From Leptogorgia sarmentosa (lineage: Eukaryota), in assembly GCA_964658305.1 (NCBI GenBank), contig OZ210885.1:12524001-12588000 (forward strand): a DNA stretch of 64,000 nt, written 5' to 3'. The translations under genes were made by a program, and so were the position numbers. This document shows, piece by piece, positions 13,961-26,171 of the stretch (position 1 is the first letter of the stretch; every line of letters starts with the position of its first letter). A model generated the notes under the pieces. The model saw nothing but the letters and a program-made list of their open reading frames with translations. It searched no databases and was not told the origin of the DNA.

Positions 13961-14562
13961 GTAGGTAACCGTGTGGTAACGTACTATGGATAAACTAATG
14001 GCAGGTTTGGGGTTTTCAATAGTTTTTTTTTCTTTTGTCCGATCGTCAGTCCGGAAAAGGGATAAAACACAGATTCAATGCCGCCTCTGTTTGTAATTGT
14101 AATTATATGTGCAACCATATCCTCACTCACATTTGTAAGAATCATCAGTTCTGAGTTATGCAAGTTGAGCGGCTGCGCGATATACGTGAATAAAAAACTA
14201 AGCAAATTTGAAATCGCTCTCAATTTCGCAAAGCCACTCGGGTGACGTTATTAATTAACAAAACTTTGCAGTGCAAAATCACCCCTTGTCAAGAAACGTT
14301 GTACTAGCCTTCAGCTTCAATTCTTTTTGTTAGCGCTGATAATGAATTAACTAGATAAAAAGTTTAATAAAGTGCATGTTTAACTTACCTGCTGTCACAT
14401 GTACAGTAGTTGATTACATCGGAAATTTACGGCGCTATAATCTCATGGAGCTCACTGGCCACTGGCCTCAGGGCTCGTCCTATTATGCACTCTAGGCAAT
14501 GTGGCTATGCTTTGCTTCAGTTATATATCGGTTGTTCTCAGATTACTTACGTGCTTCTCTTT

Positions 14563-15203
14563 TCGGAATCGGCAAATAATTGATCCGCTCGCCAACGATA
14601 ACTCGCGATATTTCGTGCGGCGTCTCCAATAATTGATATTATTATTCACTTTATAGTATTCTCAATTTTGATTGGTCAATTTACCTGCAAATAACTGCGT
14701 GCAAATAATAGTCTGAGCATGCGCATTTGTTAAAAAGGTTGCTCACCTGCAAATAATAGTCTGAGCATGCGCAATGCGTCACTTTTTTGTAAACAATGGC
14801 GGCTCGTTTTCCTGAACTACCAGAAGACGAGCTGTCTTGTTTACTAGAGGAAAAAAATTCAGATGATACAAAAAAAGCCACCAAAACGGCCGTCACTCAG
14901 TGTCTTCCGGCAATATTTAAAAGAAAGAAAAATTTAAAAGAAGAAGGTTTTTTCTGTAAACCAGTATTATTTTTTTATGAAATAAAATTTTTATGTAAAG
15001 CTCGTTGTATACGTCTACCTTGTAGCTAAGTATGCTTTGTAAGTGAATAATAAAACAATTATTGGACGAGATCTCGCAAAATATCGCGATTTTGTCGGTG
15101 GCTCGCAGATCAATTATTTGCCTCTGCCTTCGGCATCGGCAAATAATTGATCTGCTCGCCGCCGACAAATCGCGATATTTTGCTCGACCTCGTCCAATAA
15201 TTG
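14563..15203 (+). mobile_element. Crypton-like non-autonomous unit with truncated ORF and terminal 148-bp hairpin
   Basis: Diverged half-hairpin at 14563-14635 and a GATTGG box near 14670. ORF start MAARFPELPEDELSCLLEEKNSDDTKKATKTAV resembles the N-terminus of invertebrate Crypton tyrosine recombinases (recognition from memory). TAATAAAACAATT precedes the hairpin at 15056-15203. Confidence 0.6.
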
Positions 15204-15645
15204 ATAATTATTATACATTTAAAATTTATTCTCGTTCCTGATTGGTCAGAAAGCACCGGCTAATTCTCAGTATTCGGTATTTATTACGTATTTTCCGCCG
15301 ATGACGTCATCAGCGTCCAATAATTATTTTTTTGGATCGAACTTGCATCCAAAAAAAAAATTATTGGACTCTCTCGTGCCCAAGCCCTAGCGCTGTCAAA
15401 AGCTTGAAGCTAAAAGCCCGCGAAAAAAACAAACAAGGTCCTGCAGCAAATTTGCTTCGCTGAATGAAAGTGAACTCTCTTTTAAATGTATAATAAAACA
15501 ATTATTGGATTCGGCTTTTGCATGATATCAAGAATTATTCAGACCTCGGTCAATGTTATCCGCCTCAGCTTCGCTTCGGCAGATAACATTGACCTCAGTC
15601 TGAATAATACTTGATATCATGCTCAGCCTCATCCAATAATTGTTT
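15204..15645 (+). mobile_element. Second Crypton-like unit with terminal 150-bp hairpin
   Basis: Same layout (TTCTC..GATTGG, TAATAAAACAATT, hairpin at 15496-15645) with a different internal sequence; it abuts the previous unit. Confidence 0.55.
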
Positions 15646-15830
15646 AGTAGGGACCTTAAGATCTACAACGCCACAAACTCGAAGACGGGGTCTAAATTTC
15701 AGCTTTAAAATGGCTGCTGACCTTTTTGTGCTTTAAATAGATGTTGAAATTTTTTCAAGAAACAGCTAGTACACAGGTTCAGCTAAAGCAATGTGATTGT
15801 TGCTGTGTAGTCAACTTGAAGTTACAGCTC

Positions 15831-16101
15831 TCACGTTGTAATCAGCCTTCACGTTGCTTTGGAGACGTTATAATGCTTAGTTTAACGTTGCGTTGATAAC
15901 AACAAAGCTGTCGATACCACAATTTATGCTTGGTTTTTGTTCAGCATAAAAATTTGTTTTTTCGGAAAGCTCGTCGAGTTGGTCACGTTGTAATCAGTTT
16001 TCACGTTGCTTTGAAGACGTTATAATGCTTGGCTTAACGTTGCGTTGATAACAACAAAGCCGTTGATACCACAATTTATGCTTGGTTTTTGTTCAGCATA
16101 A
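15831..16101 (+). repeat. Direct repeat, two copies of about 119 bp
   Basis: TCACGTTGTAATCAG...GTTCAGCATAA at 15831-15949 and 15983-16101. Confidence 0.85.
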
Positions 16102-17617
16102 TCCTCTGCTACAAAATTGCTATGACACCATTTTTGAACATAGGCACAATGCAGTTGTCTTTCTATTAGAAATGACAGAAATGCCTGGTGATAGTTACAG
16201 TTTGATAAAATTTAAAAAATCTATATTGGTGCAGTGTAAAATAAACCACTGTATACACACGTCATATTTCGCGCAAATAAGTAAGTATTAATAATATCAC
16301 GCCATCCAAATCTTATTTCGTTACACGGATAATTAGACCTGTAGCCCACTGCCCCGGTTTTTGAGAAAAGTTTCAGTTTTGGAAGCAGACAAATTGAATT
16401 ATAGCGTATATATTATCGTTATATTTTAAACATATTCATACATGCCTTTTTAGCTAAACAAAAGCTTTGATCTTGGTTATTCAATTGAAATGAGAATATA
16501 GTTAATATGCAGTTGATATGGGTGAGGGAACAAAGGTTTACACTCAAAGTAATTAATAATTCATTAGAAAATTAGCCAATCATGTACGGCAGTCGTCGTC
16601 ATATGATGATATTTGAAATTTGGATTTGATACTTGAAGAGACATGTTCGTCCAGATTTACGCTGGGATAAAAATTAATTCAGTCATTTCTTGAACAGGAT
16701 CAATGTTTACTGGGTAAAAAATAAAAAAAATCTCACAAATGGCTGGAGGGAATGCTTTTGTCTGCAACATATTAATCAAACTATAAAAACTAATTCGGAC
16801 AGGGTGACATATTATTTCTTCTAAACAATAAAACATACAATTATTAAGAAATCGTGTGCATAAATGATATCTGCCAATTTTAAAATGTGAAAGTTCAGTA
16901 ATTACAAATACAAGTAGGACAACATTCCTGTGCAATCATTGGTATTCGCTGTATAGAACATTTCCTGTTTATGGCCTCATGCATGCTTTCCAATTATCTA
17001 CTTTCTGCTCTACCACCAACATCAGCCGCTAAATTTTAAACACTAGTAAATATATTATAAGTTTCAGTAAACTGTTCGGCATTGACCGTTACTCTACCAC
17101 TTTAGTTATTGAGCCAACGGGGACCAGTAGCGAATCTTACCCAAGCGTTGAAGACGTCACAAAAATATTTCGCACACTTATATTATCGTAGAATTCGCAA
17201 TCAACCCCAGTTGACTCGATACCTATATCTATGGACTTGCACAACAAAGATGAGGGCATACCTTTATGAAATCCCAAGAATTAACGAATAAAAACACACG
17301 CCTGTGAAAAACGCCACAGTTAATTCTGTTACAGTTTATAATTGCTGTTATTTTGTTTTTAGTATTAACAATCGTTTCGGTGTTTGTCTATCACTTACAT
17401 TGCTGTTTAAGTTGCTGTAGCTACGTAATAGTAAAAATGAAAGTAAGCGGTGTAAACAGAGTGTAGCTGATGGGTTAGTTAATGTTATAGTTACTTGTCT
17501 CAATCATTTATTTTATCGCCGCAGTGTTTTGAACAATACTTCCAGTGTAGTAACGATTATGAGTGAAAATGATCTATTACACCATTTTTTGTACGTGCTA
17601 TCTTATTTTATAAACAG

Positions 17618-17836
17618 GTAGAGAAGTTCAACAACTACTGGGACATTCTGAGGAAGTTAGCTGTTTGGCTGTGTCACAAAGTGGAACAATACTAGCGTCG
17701 GGGTCGTGGAACGGAAGTACAATCCTTTGGAGAATGGATAATTATGAACAGCTTTTTGTGTTCCAAGAGGAGAGTGCAGTTAATGCTCTGGATTTCAGTG
17801 CAGATGATCAGCGAGTGTTTATTGGAACAGACGATG
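17618..17836 (+). CDS. Apaf-1-like exon 5 (WD40)
   Basis: AAACAG acceptor, GTAAGC donor. Encodes LLGHSEEVSCLAVSQSGTILASGSWNGSTILW. Confidence 0.92.
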
Positions 17837-20281
17837 GTAAGCATCTTAAACACAAATCAAACAAGGATATCAAAATGTTGTTCAGAATAGGTAAAGGAAA
17901 ATTTGCATAAACGTTTTCTCGACTTCCGCTCTGCTTAAAAGTTAGTATTAAAGTGCGCGAGTTTCGATAAGAAATAAGATTTTGCTGACGTGTACGGATT
18001 TAACGGTTCTGAAGCAACACCAGCAACGATGCCATTGGAGAAAAAATTAAATCCTTTTCATATTATGTTTGTCAAATAACTCCGCAAATGATCATACTTT
18101 CGGAAATATGTTACCCCGCCGGTACCAAATTGAATATTGGAATACTTTTATTAAATTAAAATAATTATTTTTTCTTCAAATAAAAATACTTGAAAGTACG
18201 TTCACAAAATGTTTGTTTTACGTTGCAAATTCAATGGCGTAAATCTCCAGTGACGGCCGTCGGTTGAACTGTTGTGGATGGCCTCTTAATTATACCTCTT
18301 AGCTTCACATTTTTACTATGCTAACTCTACGAAATATTCTCCTGAATTCTGCATATGATATGCATTTTAATTCTGCTATTTCTTATCGAACATATTATAG
18401 CTATTTAACATCTCTTCTGCTTCAATTATACCCAAAAGACAAAAACGTTCCGTAAAAAGAAGCACACTAAAATAAGTTCCTATAAAGCAGAAACAATGAC
18501 AACAGTAAAAGTTTGACTGTAATATACAACAATTAATATACTGTCAACATCCAAGCACAATTTAAAAGGCAACAAAATTGTTTCAGCTAGCTACTGAATG
18601 ATATCAAACATTTTGTTAACTTCGAACTTTTTTGCATCTTCAGTTTCAATAAAAAATTTTTGAATTTCACATTAGCCACGGCCCTGAAGAAACCTCTTCC
18701 CAGGGCCCCCGGCCAGGTTGGGCCCCTAGTAGTTACGCCACTGTGTACATCGCTGCTTACTAAAAAAATTTGCTTTACATTTTAATACAAGAACGTTTAT
18801 TTCAGAAGCATTTCCTCAGTTTCATGCAGCATAATCGTTAATACATTCTAGGTTACTCCCGTTTCTTACGAAAAGTACTCTTTCTCCCGAACGCTATATT
18901 AATTTAGGTCGAATTCTTCCTATGACTATAATTGGCTGCCGTATCTCTAGTTTTACGCACCCAACAAGGACAAAAATACACTCTTTGTTATTCAGCGTAA
19001 AAAAACTCTATATATCGAAGCAATGTTCATATATATATATAATGCAATAGAAGGAAAATGTATTGACTTGAAGCCATTGAAATATACATCGCAGCAAAAT
19101 GTGACCCACAATACTTAGATGCATATTTTCGACCTTTAGTTCGACCATAACTCTGCAACCACTGATTTTTAGTTCTTCGGAGTAGTACCAATAAAATCGC
19201 GGTAGAAAATTTTATATTTCTACCTTTTTACAAGGGTATAGGTAAAAAGGTCTTCCTTAAGGAAAGATGAAGTTTCATAAAACAGGTTTCATGACTATGC
19301 GGCTTCAAGGAGAAATAAGGACATGGAATTCAACATATTGGACTCTGTTTTTCTCAGATAGATGCTAATATGCCTTACGTTTCCGACGATCAATCTTTAT
19401 TTTTTTGTGTGTTGTGTTTTAACTACCATGCGTTCGAAACCCACCGTTCGAAAGATCATTTTATTAGGATTTCAACGGTGTTTGTCTTTATTTCGTGCGG
19501 TATATACTCAGTGAAAAAAAAATATTTATAAAAATTTGTATTTCAACTTTCGGAAACGTGTTGGAGAGAAAGAGAGCTCGTTTGTAATCCGTCGTACATT
19601 TCAACCATTTTATCTGAACTCGTACCTGTAACCTGTTGTACTGTACAACAGGTTACAACTTGTATATAATCGACTACATTTGAAAACAAAGTATATTTTC
19701 ATTATTTTGAAGCGAAGCCCACTGGCGTACATGGCCCTTGCTTTACGGTTCTAACTTTCGCGATCTGTAACCAAGTTTTACCAACACTACCACTGGTATG
19801 GATGCTCTGTACAATGCATACAATTTGATCACAATGTGGCTATGGTATAGGGTGGGTTTATGAAATTTACAAACGGCATCGTATCGTGTGATTGGACCAT
19901 GTTCACTAATTCTTTTTGTGTTTGATGCCAGGAACAGCAGTTTTACAACGTAGCTGTAGTAAAATGATTTCCTGGGAAAACCAGATACGTCTGTTTGAGT
20001 AGCACCTCTCAACCTTCGCCAAAAGTACAAATTGTTCATATTCAAACAATAATTGCAACAGCTGGTTTGAGGATTCCAGCGACTGCGTATCTTCAAACCA
20101 GCGGTTAACTGTAAACGTCGTGTAGAGCGCAGTGAAACGCAGTGTAAAAACATAAGCCAGCAACAGCCAGAGCATGTTCAGCGCCGTAGAGGGACACAAT
20201 TAAAAACAAGATTTCACAAAATCGTCTAGAGTTAGACATTATTGGAACATCAGTCTGACGAGTATCCATCATGCGTTGTAG

Positions 20282-20512
20282 GGCTGAAAATGTATTGTGT
20301 ATCTACCGGAAAAAAACTCTCAACAAGTATTCCTGAGAGAGTCTACTCGCTGTGTACGACCAAAGATGGACAGTTCATTGCTACTGTTGCTACTGTTGCT
20401 ACTGATGGGTCATCTCCTGACAAGACTATCAAGTTGTGGAAAGCCGATACACTAAATTTTGAGGCCAGTTTGGTTGGCCATACAAATGGGGTGAGATGCG
20501 TTGTCGCAACTG
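20282..20512 (+). CDS. Apaf-1-like exon 6 (WD40)
   Basis: TTGTAG acceptor, GTATGT donor. Encodes DKTIKLW...LVGHTNGVRCV; phase 1/1. Confidence 0.88.
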
Positions 20513-20779
20513 GTATGTAATACTGTATGAGTTAATATTTCATAACATTTTGAAGATCTTACTTCAATAGAGTCTCTTCAGAATTATATTTGTTATTTCA
20601 TTCGGATAAACCATATTCTTTATTATAAACTTCCTTAATGGTTCAATAAAACAAGGATTGGAGGGGAATATCATGTTTTGGAAGAAATTTTCCGAATTAT
20701 TGCACAAAAATACCTGCTTGCAACAGCATTGTAATATTGCAATGAAAAATTATGCCTAGAAAGAAAGCAATGTCTTTCC

Positions 20780-20863
20780 TAGCCTGCGCGCAGTCTCAAC
20801 GGGGGAGGGGAAACTACGGGATCCCGTAGTTTCCCCTCCCCCGTTGAGACTGCGCGCAGGCTA
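20780..20863. mobile_element. 84-bp perfectly palindromic MITE (Academ-like)
   Basis: TAGCCTGCG...CGCAGGCTA with 42-bp arms and no loop, and a 9-bp TSD TGTCTTTCC. TAG termini with a 9-bp TSD fit AcademH-type elements. Confidence 0.9.
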
Positions 20864-22482
20864 TGTCTTTCCTTAATTGTTAGTATGGTGGTAACCAGTG
20901 CTTTCATGTACAAGCACTATTTTAGGACTTTCTGATTTCTTTCAAAGTTTTAGGCTGGTTGTATTTGTATATGCTAAGAGTATTTTAAAATGGCTATTGA
21001 TTTATCTATGCTAACTTTCTAAAAATACTTTGAGACAATTTGTTTGTGTGGGTATATTTCAACTGATTACCCTGTGTCGCAAACCTTAAAGTATAAATTG
21101 TGATACTGTACAAGTAGATTCAAAAGACTTGGCATTTAGGCCGGGTATTGTATATTTTATTAGCATTTAGACCTCTTGTAAGTAATAATAGTCTGCCCTA
21201 AAAATAGAAGCAGGCTATGAAACAAGGGCATACGAATCAAGTTGTAGTTTGTGGGGGGAGGGGGGGGGGGGGCACAAGGAGAACAGAATCCAAACCTTTA
21301 CTATTAAATGTTGCAACTTTAAATAAGTTTCAACTTTAACTTTAGAACGCTTTGTTGTTGTTAGAAGTTGCTTTAACTTAGCAACAAGAAGATGTGATAT
21401 TTTTGGTTGGGAAAACTTATTCCTGTATTTGCAACTTGCAATCAGCAAGGCGGTATCTTCACAAAAAAAAACATTTAAAAGCTAGTGAATGATGGAATCC
21501 TACAAAATATTTTAGTACATTTGGGCAAATTCTCATGTCTATCAGAAAGCTGTACAAATCCTAGGCATGAAAGACGGGCACTTTCTTTTTTAAAAGGACA
21601 CTTTTTCTTATTACCGTGAAAGTTAGGGGGGGCTCCTTCCAAGTGCCCCACCATCCTACGCCACTGCTCTGAAATGCATTTCATAGGGGTATATCGACCA
21701 AGAACAATTCTAGCCGTTTCACATGTATCTAATTAATGCACACATATCGAATTGAACTACAATATATAATAGAATTCAATTACAGGAGAATTAATTGAAT
21801 TACAAGCTCACAACAGAATATGACAGCATTTTATACCGTTTGTTTTTGACTAATGAAATTATATAGATAAAGTAACAAATGGAAGCCAACATGAATGTTG
21901 TTTGTAAAGTAATATTGTTTTAGATATACTGTCCATTGCCAAGATATATAGTCAGGTGTCGTTTGACTTATCTTGTCCATCTTGACCTCAGACCCTTTTA
22001 TTCCAACAGACAAAATTGATATAGTTTGACCTGTTTTATAATTGTTGTGACAAACATTGTGCTGTACTGTTAGAACCTGGTAGGTTAGTTGCTTGAATAA
22101 ATGTGATAATAATTGAATTTAATCAGTCAATTATCACAGCTACTCAGTGACATGAAAAGAGCAGTTAGGCAACAGTTAAGAGCAGTTAAACACAGTTATG
22201 TTCCCAAACATAAGTGTGAATACATGTGCAAACTAATAATGATGAAATGCAGCAATGAAAATTTCCCATTGCGGTACATGCTACAGTGTACGTACTGTTC
22301 AGTACTGTTACACTCTGGTTTTGAGTAATTGCACCAACGCAGAGTTCTTACGATCTTTCATTAGACTTTTCCGTAACTGTACAGTACATAGTATGGATAT
22401 AGGTAGAAATAGCAAGTATAAATTTAGGTACTCGAATATTTCCTCAGGCAAAACATTTTAGACTTTTCAGAAGTTAAACTTA

Positions 22483-22762
22483 CCAGGTGATCTCGATACA
22501 CGGAAAAGGACTGGGACTAGCTGTCAAATAGAAATCCATTTTTCGACCGAAACAACTGAATATCTCTCATAATATACTTTATTTCGATTCCATATTTTTG
22601 TCAGAGCTATAGTTCTCATAACCAAACATAATTACAAAATTTCAAGTAGTTTCGTACAGAATAACGAAAGATATAATCGTGTGAATATAGCAAAATGGAT
22701 TTCTATTCGGGCAACCCTTTCTGAGCGCTGATTGGCTGAAACACGAATGCGAGATCATCTGG
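22483..22762. mobile_element. 280-bp MITE, copy B (opposite orientation to copy A)
   Basis: Reverse complement of 8398-8677 with about 6 substitutions by eye; 2-bp TSD TA. Confidence 0.95.
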
Positions 22763-23675
22763 TAGTTTTAACACTTATATTATCAAAAAAATTTGAAATA
22801 ACTTCAACAAACTTTTAGAACTTTGAGACCCAAATTAAATGTTGATTACGACTGCGTATTTCTTATGTATTTTTATTAAACGAGAAGGAAATTTGTTTTT
22901 GTATAAAATCCAATTAAACACGTATTGCGAAATTAACTATTCGAGCAGCTTCAAGAAAGACTACCGTATTTCCTCTATTTAGCCCCTTGGGGGATATTTC
23001 TGTTTTCCTGCTTTCAGGTGGGGGCTTATCTGAAGAGGGGACTAAGTAAATAGTGGGGACTTGATAAATTTTCACCCAAATTTGGTACCGTAAATATACT
23101 AATTCACACAACACATCCAGAATATCAATTAACTTCATTACGCATTAAAAAATAAAGGAACGAAAGTTTTTTTTCATAAATGTTTTGCTTGATTCTCAGC
23201 CGAATTGAACCAAAATGTAATCATCTCTTCCTTGTGTAATGGCAAACAATTGTGCAAGATGTTCTATATTTCACAAACAAACCAGGATGATTATACATAA
23301 CCTCCTCGCGGTCGTAATGAGCTTTAACATTATGCAAAACTAACTGGAAGAATAATGTTACTTTGCACAATTCATTCGTGATCATGACTATTGTACGTGC
23401 CAGACGGTTCGCCCATATTTTGAGTATTTCAAATTTATCCTGACACATTGGAATTTCTTTTTGCATCAATTTCTCTTCAATATCCTAACGGTACCAACAA
23501 AATAAACTTTCGGTATTCTAATACTGTAGAATCCATTGCCTGGACATGCAGAATGCATATATAAAAATTTCTCCTGTCAGCGATCGAGTTATTGAATATA
23601 TTTAGGATATCATGTACTTTGCTTTCCCTTGTTTTTTTGTGCCAGTTCGACTAAAGTGCGAAGTTTCTCTTTTAG

Positions 23676-23916
23676 ATTCAGGAAAAAACAATCCAATGCT
23701 TGTGTCTGCTTCAGACGATAGGACAATAAAAATTTGGGATTTAAAAACGTATCAGGAAATTCGTACCCTTGGCGTTCAATGTCCTGTTTCCATTATTGCC
23801 GTGAGCGGTGATAAAAAGTATATTATCTCTGGAGACATTGGAGGAAGTGTGAGGTTGTGGTGTTTCCCCACTGGAAAGTGCCTTTCCTGTTATGAAGGTC
23901 ATACCGATCGCATCAG
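23676..23916 (+). CDS. Apaf-1-like exon 7 (WD40)
   Basis: TTTTAG acceptor, GTGGGT donor. Encodes LVSASDDRTIKIWD...YEGHTDRI; phase 1 in, 2 out. Confidence 0.92.
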
Positions 23917-24716
23917 GTGGGTTCACTCTAGCAGCTATATCTAATTTAGCGAAAGGATCGTTATGCGGGCAAGGCAACAACGAAGACCCGATACATAACA
24001 TTAAGCTTAACATACAACACATTCTGTTTTGTGTAATTGTATTAATTTATTACGATATTTCACAGTCACACTTAGACGTACTGCTTCTTGAAATCGGTTA
24101 TTGATGAATTGAAAAGATAGCGAAGATGAGCGCCATGAAAGTAATTTTCAGTCATCCATTTGTTCGCAACGCTACAAGAATTTCTATTTATTACACTAAT
24201 ATACTAATTGGCTTCTGGCTATAGTCGTGCTTATTTGCAATGGAAGACTTGGGCTTTAGAAAGATTTTAATGAGGGATAAACGTAGGAAATTAAGCGTAT
24301 GACATCCAATGCAACATAATTTTACCTGTTGTACATCTATCATTACCCTATCTTGTATTGTTGCTTTCGTTGATTATCTGCAGTACTGAACTCTACAATA
24401 TGTCTATAGGGCTCCCGTTGATAACAGTTATTTTTATTACTGACGGGACTACCTTATGTAAATAAAGGTTTTATCTATCTATCTATCTTCTTAATTGTTG
24501 ACATAGTAATAGAAAGATTTTTGCAAAAATTAAAGTGACCATAGGTGTAGTTTTCATTTGCACTAAAATTTGATGAATACGACATATTTCCCAGATCATG
24601 TATGAATAAATTATGCAGCATATTTTGATAACATTGGTCTGACAGAGATCGTCTTTGCCTTTTTTCGGTAGAAAAAATTATTATTAGAAATAAACAATCA
24701 ACTTGAAATATTTCAG

Positions 24717-24955
24717 CGGTGTCGCAATAATTCCCAATGCAAAGAAGGCATTGACAGCGTCAGAGGATCGAAGTATCAGGGTTTGGAACCTGGGAACTGC
24801 TGCGTACATGGAACAATACAGTCTCTATGATAATTCAAATGACGTCACAGATATCACAATCGCTCGTGATGGCCCTATATGCGTTTCCGCTTCAAATGAT
24901 GGTACTTTCGAAGTTTGGAATCTTCACACACATGCACAGTGCTTTTCTGTCAAAG
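24717..24955 (+). CDS. Apaf-1-like exon 8 (WD40)
   Basis: TTTCAG acceptor, GTATAG donor. Encodes ALTASEDRSIRVWN...VSASNDGTFEVWN; phase 2 in, 1 out. Confidence 0.92.
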
Positions 24956-25287
24956 GTATAGTTCAAATTGTCTATTTGGGCCAGCTTTCTTATAAATAGG
25001 ATGCGGACGATCTCGTTTTCATTTCATTTCCCTGACTAAATTCATTTTCATTTTACTAAATTGATATTGTCTGCAACGCTCTGCACTGATATTAACCGAT
25101 GGTTAAGTAGAGTTGAATGGATAGCAGGCTTTCGTAAATTAATAAAGTTAATTGTCGTTAATTTGTATTTCCTAAGATAATTGCATGTAAAGAAAAGAAT
25201 TACTTTGATATTCTTATAACCAATCATAATTACAAAATTTCAACTAGTTTCATGCAGAATGACGAAATAAAACTTGAAAACAAAACA

Positions 25288-26171
25288 ATAAGTGGTGAGA
25301 AATTTTATATTTTGGTATTTCGCTCGTGTTGTGTTTGTCATTGTCGTCTGTGTGTATCAAATATTCCGTATTTCTACACTATTCCTTGTATTCATATAAT
25401 AAACAAATTACTTCATGCGCAGTTTGCTCGTTTTTCGAATTTTATTATTTACAAATCGTACACATCTCTATTTACATCATTGACGAAAGGGAAATGTTTT
25501 ATGAGATTTGGCGATTGTCTACTTATACACTTTGTTTCAGAAATTTCGAAGAGTTCCTCTCGTTTACGGAAAGACAATACATAGAGATTAATGGCTACTT
25601 CACGGTTGACGAGTGCATACGATTTGTATTTACCAATTGTGAAGGATCGTTAAAATAAAGGAGATCGCTGGATGGTATACTCCAAAATAAGATATCCGCG
25701 ACTGCTGTACATTCACGAAATTGGATAGAAATTTCTATTGGCGTACTCACAAAATAAACCAGTCCCAAACCATAAATCTGACCCTAACCTTTGGTTATGG
25801 TTTGGGACTCGTGGTTAGGGTCAGATTTGTGGTTTGGGACTGGTTTATTTTGGGAATACGCCAATAGAAATTTCTATCACCGCTGACGTGAAGGTACAGC
25901 AGTCGCGGATATCTTATTTTGGAGTATACCATCTAGTGATCTCCTCAAAATAAACGAGTGACCCCGTGAGAAATCGAGTGACCCCGTGTGAGCTTTGCGA
26001 TCACAAGGAGTAAATAATAATAACGGTACAATGGAGCAACTGTGAAGTTGTTTGTTTATTACAGGAGTATAAAGAAGAGTGTAGAGATACAGAATATTTG
26101 ATACTAAAAGACAACAATGACAAACACAACGCAAGCAAAATATCAAGATATAAAATTTCTCACCTCTTATT
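25288..26171. repeat. Nested inverted repeats (foldback/MITE with inner MITE)
   Basis: Outer arms about 25288-25416 / 26043-26171, middle arms 25661-25717 / 25888-25944, inner arms about 25726-25790 / 25813-25877. Confidence 0.8.

Noticed and set aside
285..21667. Complete hAT-like elements at the TACGCCACTG ends (about 355, 18743, 21666)
   Set aside because: Only right-hand termini are visible; matching left ends and 8-bp TSDs were not found.
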